DNA of 64,000 nucleotides from Scyliorhinus canicula. Taxonomy: Eukaryota. The stretch spans positions 1,012,672 through 1,076,671 of the forward strand of contig NW_024055751.1 in the NCBI RefSeq assembly GCF_902713615.1, given 5' to 3'. Below the pieces are notes generated by a model, which saw nothing but the letters and a program-made list of their open reading frames with translations, made no database searches and had not been told where the DNA came from. Made by a program: the position numbers and the translations under genes. Below, piece by piece: positions 39,101-51,600 of the stretch; positions within the stretch are counted from its first letter, which is position 1; each line of letters starts with the position of its first letter.

Positions 39101-40139
39101 GGCCTGCAAGCAGATGATGTATTTAAAGTGTGAAGCTAGCAAAGGCCTTTCCAGTCCTGCTATGAGTGAGATCGGTCAATAGTTGCTACAGTCTTATCTG
39201 TCCACTTTGTTTTCAGATATTGGTTATGATTTTGCATCTTCAATCTCCTGTGGGATGGTTTATATCTTCCATCGGAGAAGGACCAGGCCACGAATGTTCA
39301 GAAACATAGTAATTATACACATCAATCTTCATTCAATTATGAATATAAATAATTGAATTCACCAATTACCGTCGTTTCATAAAAATTGGTACAGTTTTAA
39401 ATTAAGTTATATGGTGCGGGTGTCGCTAGCTCGGCCATGATTTATTGACCATCGCTAATTGTCTTTCACAAAGTGGTGGTGTGCTATCTATTTGAACCTC
39501 TGCAGTCACTCTGGGGTCGGTACACTGACGGTGCTGTTAGGGAGGGAGTTCTAGTCATTTGAACCAGCGACATCGAAGATGCTGCGATATGTTTCCAAGT
39601 CAAGATAGTGAGTGATTTGGAGGGGAATTTCCAGGTCGTGACCTTCCCATGTGTCAGCTGCCTTTTCCTTCGAGAAGGTAATGGGCCTGGGTTTAGAAGA
39701 CGTTTCAAATGAGACTTGATGGGTTTCTGCGGTGCATCTTGCGGATGGTAAATTATTGTCATTGTTCGTCGGTTGTGGATGGAACCTTGCCTCGCACATC
39801 TCCTCTAAACTTTGCCCCACGGACCTTAAACCTATGCTACCTGGCGACTCACCTCGCCACCCTGGGAATGAGTTCCTGCCATCCATTTGTCTTTTGTACA
39901 TGAAATGACCACATGCACACAATATTACAACCGTCCCTCCTCAATGTAATCATGTTCCCGCTTTCTGTCTTTGAAATGAAGATTCGCCATCAGCAGAGAA
40001 GAATCACTAGAACCGCAGGAATATCTCTACTTTCCTCTTAGTGACGTCCAGCTCGTCAGTTCCCGATAGTCTGGGGATGGAATTCACCCAGAAAAGCTTC
40101 AGCCACCGAATATATTAGTCTGGCACTAATTATCATATT

Positions 40140-40470
40140 CATAGAGTATCATAGAATTCACAGTGCAGAAGGAGGCCATTCGGCCCATCGAGTCTGCACC
40201 GGCTCTTGGAAAGAGCACCTTAACCAAAGTCAACACCTCCACCTTATCCCCATAACCCAGTAACCCCACCCAACACTAAGGACAATTTTGGACACTAAGG
40301 GCAATTTATCATGGCCAATCCAACTAACCTGCACATCTTTGGACTGTGGGAGGAAACCGGAGCACCCGGAGGAAACCCACACACACGCGGGGAGGATGTG
40401 CAGACTCCGCACAGACAGTGACCCAAGCCGGAATCGAACCTGGGACCCTGGAGTTGTGACGCAATTGTGC
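40140..40470 (-). mobile_element. HE1-like SINE
   Basis: A/B boxes and LINE-like tail on the minus strand. Confidence 0.85.
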
Positions 40471-40767
40471 TATCCACAAATTATGAAGGACCTGCTTTAA
40501 TTTATCAAGCGCAAAATTGAGAATGTGGAACAACATCTTTCAGACCATCTATCCATCCATCCATCAACCACATTCACTGATTCCTCATTTAAAATATTCA
40601 GGCATCCAACCAACATCCATCCCTACATAAAAGCAGTCATCCCTTTATCTTTTGGCAGGTGGTGGTGTAGTATTCATGTTATTGTACCAGTAATCCAAAG
40701 GCCCAGTCTAATCCTGTGGGGACTCAGGTACAAATCCCACTATTGTCAGTGGCGGAATTTGATATCA

Positions 40768-41124
40768 TAGAACATAGAACAGTACAGCACAGAACAGGCC
40801 CTTCGGCCCTCGATGTTGTGCCGAGCAATGATCACCCTACTTAAACCTACGTAACCCGTATACCCGTAACCCAACAATCCCCCCCCCCCCATTAACCTTA
40901 CACTACAGGCAATTTAGCATGGCCAATCCACCTAACCCGCACATCTTTGGACTGTGGGAGGAAACCGGAGCACCCGGAGGAAACCCACGCACACATGGGG
41001 AGGACGTGCAGACTCCACACAGACAGTGACCCAGCCGGGAATCGAACCTGGGATCCTGGAGCTGTGAAGCATTGATGCCAACCACCATGCTACCGTGAGG
41101 CCCCCTGCTACCGTGAGGCCCCCC
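40768..41124 (-). mobile_element. Young SINE nested in an older SINE; ATATCA TSD; 18-nt head duplication
   Basis: atatca at 40762-40767 and 41125-41130; ctaccgtgaggccccc occurs twice. Confidence 0.8.
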
Positions 41125-43097
41125 ATATCAATTAATAAATATGGAATACATAATAATGGTGACCATGAAATCCCTTCTGCATCATCAATGAAGGAAATCT
41201 GACATCCCTCCCTGGTCTCACCTACATGTGGCTCCAGTCAGACAGCAACATGTCTGACTCTTCAGTTCCTTCTGAGCTGGCCCACTCAGTTCAACAGCAA
41301 TTAGGGACAGGGAACACATGGTGGTCTTGCCAGTGAGTCCCACATTCCATGGAAGAATAAAGGGAAAACACATGAATTACGTGTTTATCTATTACAAAAT
41401 GTACCCTCTGTCTGATAGTCTGCTTGTATTTCTATCCATCATCACAATGTTATGAGGTGTGGGGGAGATCCTCCAGCCGGTTAGTGTTGTTAAGAGAGGC
41501 TAGAATAGCTGGATAACTCTCCTTTCCTTAGAGATGGGAACAGTTCAAATAAATTCGCAATTTAAAACATAAAATGATCTCCAGTACTGTTGCTGGGTAG
41601 ATTTGTTTATAAATAGTCCTCATTGACAATGTTAAGAATTTGAAGTTGGCTTGCAGCCAAGCGGTCAGTACTGAGCAAACAGATCTCTGAAAAACAAATC
41701 CAGATGCTTCCTGTAAACAACATTGAACATTCGAGCCTCCCTGACTGCAGGCGGCTGGATTGCTGCCAAATACTGTGTGGGGCAGATTAGCCTGAATATG
41801 AATAGATTAAATGGGATTTATTCATTCAAACAATAAATGTTTCAGTCGCACATGAAGTAAACGTTTTAAATGGTGATCCATGCAAAGAAATATATTCACT
41901 GAATGTTTTGTTCACTATGAGATTAAACACAATGGGAAAATAGTTAACTGACCAGATGCTATTTAATTTATATTAGTTCCGAGGAAAGGTCACTCTAGTT
42001 ATTAAAGTCCGTTTGTTAAGAGCCTAATGAAGTGAGAGTGAGTGGTGTTAATGGACCCAATCCACAAGTTCAATAAGATGACTTCAATTACAAAAAATAA
42101 AATAAAATTAATTTAAAGTAAATAAACTGCATTAAACTCGCGGGGATTCCTAGAATATTCTCCGAATTCTTGATCTCCTTGATCTCTTATACCCGATTAA
42201 CACCGTGTTATGTACAGTTTAATTTGTCTGGATTTCAATTGTTTAACAGTCCCTCTCATTGCTGCCAATGAGTGGAGAAATGACCAGTTCATGACCTGCT
42301 TTCGTGGAGAATAAAACATTTATTCCTGTGATATTGTGTAATATGCCGCAAAGTCCTGATATCCTGTGTTCCCAACAGCAGTGAATGTTAGACAGCCGCT
42401 GGTCAGTAAAATTAGCGGCAACGATTTGGATGCTAAAGGATAACTTTGCTGATCGCCGCGTCCGTTCTGATTCATTAACTTCTCTGTCAAAAGCTGGTCT
42501 GAATTTTATGTTTCTCTGTCAACTCACTGCTGAATTATCAGGCAAGCGGCTTCTTTTACCGCTAATGTTCACAGGACTGTCTGAGGCTCAGGGGCAAATC
42601 GAGAAATGTAAAGAGAGACATTGTGTAATATGAGAGTTTCTTCTTGTCGACAGACCCACATTGTACAGTGATGGCCATCCGCACTGCAAATGTAATCACG
42701 TCATTCATTCCCTCATTTAGTTACATTTAGTCTGATAAATTATACTTTGCTGTTGTAATTGGATAGACAGACGATTTATACCCTGATAAATGTAATTTAT
42801 TCTGTTTATGTTCATCCCTTTATATTGGAGTGCAGAAATAAAGAGACTTAATGTATAATGGAATTAGATTTTACTCAGAGATGCTCAAATATAATTTTCC
42901 ATTCGGATGAGGATAGACATTACAATGAATCCATTCAGCCAAACAAATATACCGATCTAATGTCACTTTTTAATAATAACTTATAGTAAATATCTGAGTC
43001 CATTCTGTTGGGGGTGTGGAAGGTGGGACGTGGATCCAGTCGCCGCCTCCACCAGGGAATCAACAGGCGGCGCCTGGAAAGCCGCCCCCTTCTGCCG

Positions 43098-43110
43098 GGT
43101 ATTTAAATGC
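43098..43110 (+). promoter_or_regulatory. TATA-like element of the VH promoter (tatttaaa); no octamer seen
   Basis: About 80-100 nt upstream of the leader ATG; shark VH promoters are known to lack the octamer. Confidence 0.55.
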
Positions 43111-43198
43111 CGCTCACTGGGACCCGAATCCAACAGTCCGGGAGCTGGTTTGTTCACTGAGTTCCTGACACAACCATTTCCCCCAAATGACCAGAAGG

Positions 43199-43244
43199 AT
43201 GCGGTGGGCCATTTCTCTCAGTTTGTTGCTGACTTTCTTATCCC
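43199..43244 (+). CDS. IGHV: VH leader exon (MRWAISLSLLLTFLS; in-frame upstream ATG at 43187)
   Basis: 46 nt, donor gtgagt; in frame with the V exon. Confidence 0.9.
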
Positions 43245-43372
43245 GTGAGTAGTTTTTATTGTCCAAGTCTCTCACTGTTACTGTCTCAGTGTTAATCTCT
43301 CTCTAGAATGTTCCAGAGTCGCCAATCATTTCACCAGCATTAATCCTCGGGCTTTTTGATATATTTTTACAG

Positions 43373-43680
43373 GTGTCCAGTCGGATGTTGTGTTGACTCA
43401 GCCAGAGGCAGAGACCGGGCGTCCCGGAGGCTCCCTGACACTGATCTGTAAAACCAGCGGCTTCAATCTTGGCAGCTACGGGATGAACTGGGTCCGCCAG
43501 GTTCCCGGACAGGGGCTGGAGTGGCTGGTTTACTACTACGATTCATCCAACACCATCTACTACGCGCCAGGGATTCAGGGCCGATTTACTCCGTCCAAAG
43601 ACACTTCAAACAACATCTTCGCTTTGGCCATGAGGAGCCTGAAGACCGAAGACACCGCCATCTATTACTGTGCAAGACAC
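43373..43680 (+). CDS. IGHV: IgM VH exon, open frame
   Basis: (R)[55 protein letters not shown]...[33 protein letters not shown]. Confidence 0.95.
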
Positions 43681-43719
43681 CACAGCGAGAGGAACCAGGG
43701 CTGGACCCGCACAAGAACA
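43681..43719 (+). other. VH 23-RSS
   Basis: CACAGCG + 23 nt + ACAAGAACA. Confidence 0.9.
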
Positions 43720-44081
43720 GCTCGGGAGGGAATTCAGCAACTTGCACCTTAACCTGAAGGTCAGCACTTGATCCAAATCTAATATTAATGTCGGTGGTCA
43801 GAACCGGACAACGAACCGCGTCTGACACAACTGAGACAGACAAATGTTCGCAGTAAAACCTAACAAACCTACCGATATCAATGTGACTGTGTTTATATGT
43901 AATGCCTCAGTTTCAGCAATTACTGACCTGAATATGATACTTGTTTTAATCTGTCTATAATTTAGAGCAGAGCTTTGTACATTGTGTTTTATACACGATT
44001 AATTAAATTGTAAATTAGATCAGAAGCAAACGTCTATTTGAAGTGAATATTGAGCGGCAGGACTGAACAGAGAGTGGGTGC

Positions 44082-44159
44082 AGTTTTTGTGCGGGTATCT
44101 GTCACTGTGACTACAGTGGGTCACAGTGCTGTGCACAGCGACATCCTCATACAAAAACC
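44082..44159 (+). other. IGHD: DH1 (coding 44110-44121, actacagtgggt) with 5' 12-RSS and 3' 22-RSS
   Basis: agtttttgt-12-cactgtg / cacagtg-22-acaaaaacc. Confidence 0.93.
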
Positions 44160-44469
44160 TCAGTGAAAGAGTTTGTTCAAATTGGTGATCAGCGCCACAG
44201 CAGGATTGTCAATGTCAATGAGTTTTAAATAAAACAAAGTTTGGAAGTAATATTAGTTTGCAAAAAGCTATAAAAATCTTCCACTTTATCTTTGTTGACC
44301 GACACGCGAAATATGCACAGAAGGTTTTAAAGTGTTCCGATCCTCTTTATAAATGTAATGACCAGGACAAGCTGAAATAACTCACCCATTCGCTCTTGGA
44401 AGAGACAGTTAGGTTTTTGAGTGAACAGTGAAATTAAATCTCTGTATTTTACAGTTAACAGTCTGCCGC

Positions 44470-44535
44470 AGTATTTGACACGCTGTGTCTCACTGTGATA
44501 GCTGGGGCACAGCAGTTACTGTTAATACAAAAAGC
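44470..44535 (+). other. IGHD: DH2 (coding 44498-44507, atagctgggg) with 12/12 RSSs
   Basis: agtatttga-12-cactgtg / cacagca-12-acaaaaagc. Confidence 0.9.
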
Positions 44536-44857
44536 CCCTCAGCACTAATTCACTGAGGCTGGCTCAGTGCTCGCTTTTACAATCCAACTTTATTTACAGT
44601 GATGTATTATTTATTTCCAGCACTGACAAAATAATAATAATTAATGTGGAAAATTGGTGGTCGTTATTTAGTCACTGTTGGTGTTTTCAATTACATTTGC
44701 ATGTCTGTGAAATGTAAAACATTCGGTCATTTATGAAGAGAGAACGGTATCCACAAATATTAATATAATTTCCTGAAAATTAATCGTGAATTTTCTTTGC
44801 CGTTGGTTTGTGAATATTTAAAATAATGGTGGATTTCTGTCTATTTTGTGCAGGTCC

Positions 44858-44896
44858 GGTTATTGAACGGAGCTGCCCAGGGAATGTGACACTGTG
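44858..44896 (+). other. JH 23-RSS
   Basis: ggttattga-23-cactgtg. Confidence 0.88.
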
Positions 44897-44944
44897 ACTA
44901 TCTCGACTACTGGGGACAAGGCACCATGGTGACGGTGACTGCAG
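44897..44944 (+). CDS. IGHJ: JH (YLDYWGQGTMVTVTA)
   Basis: WGQG motif; donor gtaaga at 44945. Confidence 0.95.
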
Positions 44945-45054
44945 GTAAGAACCATTCCATTATTTACCAACTGTTTTACTTGAGTATTTGTTTTATATTT
45001 TTCTGCATTTTCAAAATCCATTCGTTCACTGAAATGTGTTTTGGTGGATCATGT

Positions 45055-46380
45055 ATTGAGATGTTGTTGCAATGTTTCATTTGATTCTGCTGAAAGGGGG
45101 ACATAGAATCCCGCGGTTTCTTGACAGAAAGATGCTGCTGAGGGATTCAGTCCCTGTTTGCTGTGATTTGGTGTTTATTTGCTGAGGATACTGTGTGGCT
45201 GGGTTACTTTAAATACAAAACGTCTGTTTGTACGATGTTTAATCTCGGTTCTATCTAATATCTGCAGCTTGTACCGTCTTCCGCACAAGTGTTTGAGATC
45301 GAGCCCAACATTGACAAAATGTGCTAAAGTTTCTGTATTATCTTATTGACCATGTTCTGCTTACTGAAAGTACTGATGATTTATTCAAGTTTTCTGTTCA
45401 GTTTACCTGTTCGTTCATTTGATGACATGAGGGTTTGGTGCATTTTAAATTGAGATTTTCTTGCAATGTTACATGTGATTCTTTTGGAAGTGTTTGTAGA
45501 ATTGAGCTGCTTCTCTATGATGTTTCATTCCTTCAGCGATGTGATTTGGTGTTTTCCTGCTGAGGAATGTTTTTGGGTGACTTTGTGTAGAAAGGTTTGT
45601 GAAACGGTTTGGCGTGTCTGTATTGTTTCAACTCGGTGACACTGAGCGGTTACTCGGTTTGTGATTGAATGCAGAGTCTGCGTGTTGGAAACTGCTTGTC
45701 GCTGGATTGTCGGCAGAGAACAGGGAGATTGTTTCTGCACGTGAAGAAAGTGAAAATTGCAGATTAAACTAAACCACGTTTTACGACTAATCCTTTCCGA
45801 GCACAAGTGTTGCTGCTATCAGTTTGCCGTTTGTGCAAAGTTTAATCTCGGTGGCATCTGATGGTTGCAGCTTTTACCATCAACTGCAATCATTAAAAGC
45901 ATTTAAATATGTATGAAAAATGACTCAGTATGAAAAAACTGGTTAAGTTTCAATATTTATTTGTTGTTAATATTCCAGCTCCTCGCAATGCTATTGCTGT
46001 TATTCCACATTTCTGTTTAGTTAAATAATTCATACATTTGGTGACCAGCTGGTTTGCTGGATATTGATATTTTCTTGCAATGTTAAGTTTGATCTTGTTC
46101 GATGTAGAGTTGAGTTGCTTCTCCATAAACGGGTTTAATTGATGTGATTTAGTGTTTTGTTCAATTGATGTGATTTAGTGTTTTGTTCTGCTGAGGAGAT
46201 TGTGTATCTGGGTGACTTTAAATGATTAAGATCTGTGAAACGGTTTAGCGTTTCTGCATTGTTTCTGCATTGTTTAAACTCGGTGACACTGAGCGGTTAC
46301 ACGTTTTCTGATTGAATGCAAACAGTCTCCGCGTTTGAAAATGCTTGAAGGGAGATTGTCGGGAGAAAACAGCCAAGCTT
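45055..46380 (+). repeat. Three diverged direct repeats immediately 3' of JH
   Basis: Shared ttgcaatgtt...gtgattt(g/a)gtgttt...tgctgagga...gggt(g/t)acttt at about 45055, 45455 and 46070; aactcggtgacactgagcggtta in copies 2 and 3. Confidence 0.75.
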
Positions 46381-48669
46381 AAGAAAATAATCGAATAAAG
46401 ATATATTGATGCATTTTGTAATTTTAACTGATGCTTCCAGATTAAACGAAATAGTGACTGAAACGCCCATGCAGAACATAGTAACATTTATATAATTCAA
46501 ACAATTGCAATGCGGTGATACAACTCCATATTAACCAAAGGTTATTTTCGATTAATATAATTCATCATTAATCACCTTTCACAATCATGCTGTGTCCTGC
46601 ACGAGGTTGACATGGCCGGACCGGTTTCTCGGCTGGAAATACTTTGTAGTTCCAGTTAATCTATTATTTCAGTGCCGCTGCAACCACATTATATATTCAC
46701 TGTAATGCGTAGTTGGATAGCGAGGTAATTATCAGTAATCTAACCTGAAACAGTTTTCTGAGATGTGGAAGTCGCTGCCAATCAAGGAATTGTTCCCATG
46801 GTTTTATTTGTATTATAGGAAAGTTCAGATTGCATATGGCAAGAGATTGAAAAGTAAAAGCTTGAATGTCAAACCGATTTATTTATTTACAAAAGGTTAA
46901 CAGTACCTTTGCATTTTATAATGACACCCTGTCTCCCACGGCTGTGCTCTACACACGATAGAATTATAGGAAGAACAGATGATAGGAAAGAAAGAATGAT
47001 TATATCTTAGCTTTCGGCTTAAATTTTATTAAATGCTAAATTCAACAACAAATTTTCCACTCCACTTGCTCATAATGGGTCAGTTTTGCAAATGATTAGA
47101 ATAAATATTACTGAGCTGTTCTCGTTATATTCATTACTTTCTGAGAATAGATGGAGTTTATTATTTATCAATGTGTTCAGAAAGGCGCATATTTTACACA
47201 TTTGTAGGTCGAATAGAGCAATTGGAGTAAAAAAAATAAAATGTGAATATAGTCAATTAAATGTTAAGATGATTCCATCGAGTAATTTGGAGTTTACTGT
47301 TCAACATTGTTTGATTGTCAGGTTGTTTTAATTAAACCCCAATTATTTCATAAAGATCTGGGTAAAAACAAATTGGGGATTATTGAATGCTATTTTTATT
47401 ATATTTATTATTATAGTACAGATAATCGAATAAAGAATTAGCTGACAATTAACAATAACTCACAATACAATATCAGTGAGAATTAATTCAACATAAATGA
47501 TCTCCTACAATTGAGTTGTATCCTGGCGTGCAATATCTCAAATGGTTTAGAGAATTTTAATAATATCTAAAATTAATTTAGGAACCCATACATTTCATTA
47601 TACTGCTGTGTGCAGCTAAATTCTTTTGCTGATTACATTCTTTTGCCCTGATTCTTTTGCTGATTATATTTAGTTGTGTTTTTAGAACATATCAGTGGGT
47701 AATGTGAATATTTCCTGGTTTGTTTAATTATTGCCCTGTCACTGAGTCTCTGTTCCGTCATTAATCTACCCTGAATCTGTGATATTTAATCTGCTCATTT
47801 TCAGCAAAACTACTTTTTGCCCAATTATCGAATTTTGAGATAGACAGAGAGAAATAGTTAAAAACCGAATGCAGTTTTGAAATTAATGTCAGTTTAATTT
47901 CAAATAAGTCACTAAATTATTGTTGTCGGAAGTTGACCATTGATAAATTAGAATCAAACAGTTTCATGAAACTGACAGATTGAACAGATCTATCTGCTGG
48001 AACTCGATTGTTGCCATTTATGTCTGTTCAGTTTCTGTGCGCGCGGTCACTGTGCTGGGACCAGGAATCTTCCTGGCTGGTTATAAATCTTCTGCTTCAT
48101 TTTCCAGTATTTCAGGGAGTACAATTTGATCAAGTCCTTCAATAAAACTTGTATATGTGTGGAATGTGGAAATTGTACTTGATGTTTGACCAGGCGACTC
48201 AGAAAGGGGATTCCAAATCCAGATTGTGACAGTCAGAAAGAATTCAGCAACGCCAGACAGGCTGGAAAAGGAGATTTGGTTGATTTTTAAGCAGTGGTGT
48301 ATTGGTCTTGGGAATTTTCGATTAGGCAATGCAGAGAGCGATTTATTGGGTTACATTCCGTGCTATGGCAGTCCTTGATTTATTTAATGGGTCAGTGCAG
48401 CGGAGAAATCCCTTTGCATTATATTTTTAATCCTATCCTAGGATTCTGGAGGCGCTGGCAAGGCCAGATTTTATTATATATGCCTAAGGGTTCTTGGGAA
48501 AGTTTTGATGTGAAGCATCCTTGAATAGCTGCAGTCCATGTGGCGGAGGTCTATCTGCAATATTGTCAGGGAGGGAGTTCCAGAATTTTGACTCGGCGAC
48601 AGTGAAGGAATGGCGCTATATTTCCAAATCAGGATGGTGAGTGTCTTGGAAGAGAACTTGCAGATGTTG

Positions 48670-51600
48670 GTGCACCCATGCATCATCACAAACACAGACA
48701 CACTCTCGCTCTCTTACACACATTCTCTCACAGCCTCACACAAACTCATTCTCTCACACACATAATCACAATACTTCTTTCAAACATACACACTGTGCCT
48801 CACACACAATCACACTCTCACAGTCTCACTCTTAGACACACTGTGACGATCTCTCACACACACTTTCACTCACACGCTCTCTCACTCACACACATTCGCT
48901 CACACGCTCTCTCACTCTCACACGCACTCTCCTTCACCAAATCTCTGACACACCTTGCCTCACTCTCACACCCACTCTCAAACACACAGACCGTCTCTCT
49001 CCCTCACATACATGCATAATCGCTCTTCAAACGTAGCATTTTTTCTTTCAGGCTCTCTCTCACACACATTTCTCGTATATACACACACACAATATCTCAG
49101 ACGCACACAAACTCGCCACCACATTATTACTCTCTCACTCTCTCGCTCTCACGCACTCTCACACGTGCACCCTGGCACATGCCCTCTCTCTCTCATGGAC
49201 ACTGTCTCATTCTCTCTCTGACACACAATCTATCTCTTTCAGGCATGCAGTATCTCACACTCTCTCTCTCTCACATTCTCTTTCTCTCTGACACACACTC
49301 TCTCAGATGCACATTCTTTCTCTCACACATTCCCTCTCTATTACGGACACACTATATCAGACACACAGATCTCCGTCTCCCACACAGTCTCACATCCATA
49401 ATCGCTCTTCAAACAGAATCAATCCTTCTTTCACACACACAATCTCAAACATACTATCTCTCTCCCTTTCTCTCACACACACTTCCACAGACACACACAC
49501 GCACCCTGTCACACACACATTCTCTCACCTGCTCTCTCATGCACACTGTGTCACGTGTCTCTCACACAAAATCTCTCTTTCGCACATGCACACTCTCATA
49601 CACAAACACAAACATACTCACACAAACACTTATTTCTCTCACACACACAAACACTGGTACATACATATCTCGTAAACACACTTTCTTTCACTCAAACACA
49701 GACATGTTCTTTGGCATACTCTCTCACACGTTCTCTCAGAAACACACAAACTCGGCCGCACAATCTGTCCTTCTCAGACACACGGTCTCTCCCTCATACA
49801 GATACAAACGCTCCCACACAAACAGTATCTCGCAAACACACATTCTCTCACTCAAACAGAGACATATTCTTTGGCATACTCACACCTTCTCAGAAACACA
49901 CAAACGCGCCCCCACATTCTGTCTCTCTGTGACACACGTGGTCTCTCTCTCTCACTGTCTGAGGTACACACCCACATGCTCTCTAATCTCTGTCACACAC
50001 TCAATCATACACACACTATCTCGAACTCACGCACACAATCTTCCGTTTACACACACTCTCACACACATTGCCTCTCTCACTCACACACAAAATCTCACAC
50101 ACACACATCCCCTCACACACTCTCACACAGAAACTCTCCCTTGCAAATTATTTTATTCTCCCTCTAACACCTATCTCACATACATACACGTACTCTATCT
50201 GTAGGAGTGTGGTCTGTTCAATTTCTGAAAGTATTAAAGCAGCTGCCCAGTGATCTACACTGCTGTCTGACTGTACACAGCCGGTGTTACTGAAAGTATT
50301 AAAGTAGCTGCCCAGTGATCTACACTGCTGTCTGACTTTACACAGCCGGTGTTACTGAAAGCTGATTAATGTGGAGAATCAGGACAGGATCGATGGAGCG
50401 GAAGAGGAGGAGGTGGGGGTGGTGGAGCCGAATGGAGGAGCCCCCAGCACGGCTGTGGACAAGACAAAAGGAAACTGAGTCTGAGCGGAAAATCATCCAG
50501 AGAAACATCGTCCTAATGGCTGGGAGCACCTGTGAATCATCACTCAGCCACGGTCACTCACTCACTCACTCACTCACTCCCACACCCTCACTCACACATC
50601 CTCACTCACTCCTTTTTAAAAATAAATTTAGAGTACCCAATCCATTTTTTCTAATTAAGGGGCAATTTAACGTAGCCAATCCACCTACCCTGCGGGGATG
50701 AAACCCACGCAAACACGGGGAGAATGTGCAAACTTCACATGGACAGTGACCCAGAGCCCGGATCGAACCTGGGACCTGGACGCTGTGAGGCAGCAGGGCT
50801 ACCACTGCAGCAGCATGCTGTCCTTTCACTCACTCCTTCACACACACTTACCCACCGTCACTCACTCACACAGCCTCACTCACTCACACACACATTCTCA
50901 CACACCCTCACTCACTCACCCACTCACTCACTCACACCCACCCTCACTCACACACCACCTCACTCACCCTCACTCACTCATCCTCACACACTAATGCACA
51001 CTCCCTCACTCACGCACCCTCACTCACTCACACTCACACACTAATGCGCACTCCCTCACTCACACACCTTCACTCACACACACATCCTCACTCACCCTCA
51101 CTCACCCACTCTCACTCACTCACACCCACCCTCACTCACACACCCTCACTCACACATCCTCACACACTAATGCACACTCCCTCACTCACACGTCTTCACT
51201 CACTCACACACACTCACTCACCCACCCTGAGACACTCACCCACCCCCACTCACACACCCTCATTCACCAACCCTCAATTATCCACCCTCACTCACAAATC
51301 TTCACTCATCCACCCTCTCACACACACTCACTCACCCACCTTCACTCACACGCACTCACCACCCTCCCTGAATCTCCCTCATTCACCGACTCTCATTTCC
51401 ACACCCTCACTCACTCCCACACCCTCACTCAACACCCTCACTCACACACCCTCACTCACACACCCTTACTCACACACCCTCACTCACACACCCTCACTCA
51501 CTCCCACACCTTCACTCACACACCCTCACTCACACACCCTCACTCACACACCCTCACTCACACGCCCTCACTCACTCCCACACCCTCACTCACACATCCT

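Noticed and set aside
44134-44159. Second heptamer CACAGCG inside the D1 3' spacer
   Set aside because: Only 10 nt from the nonamer, outside the 12+/-1 range.
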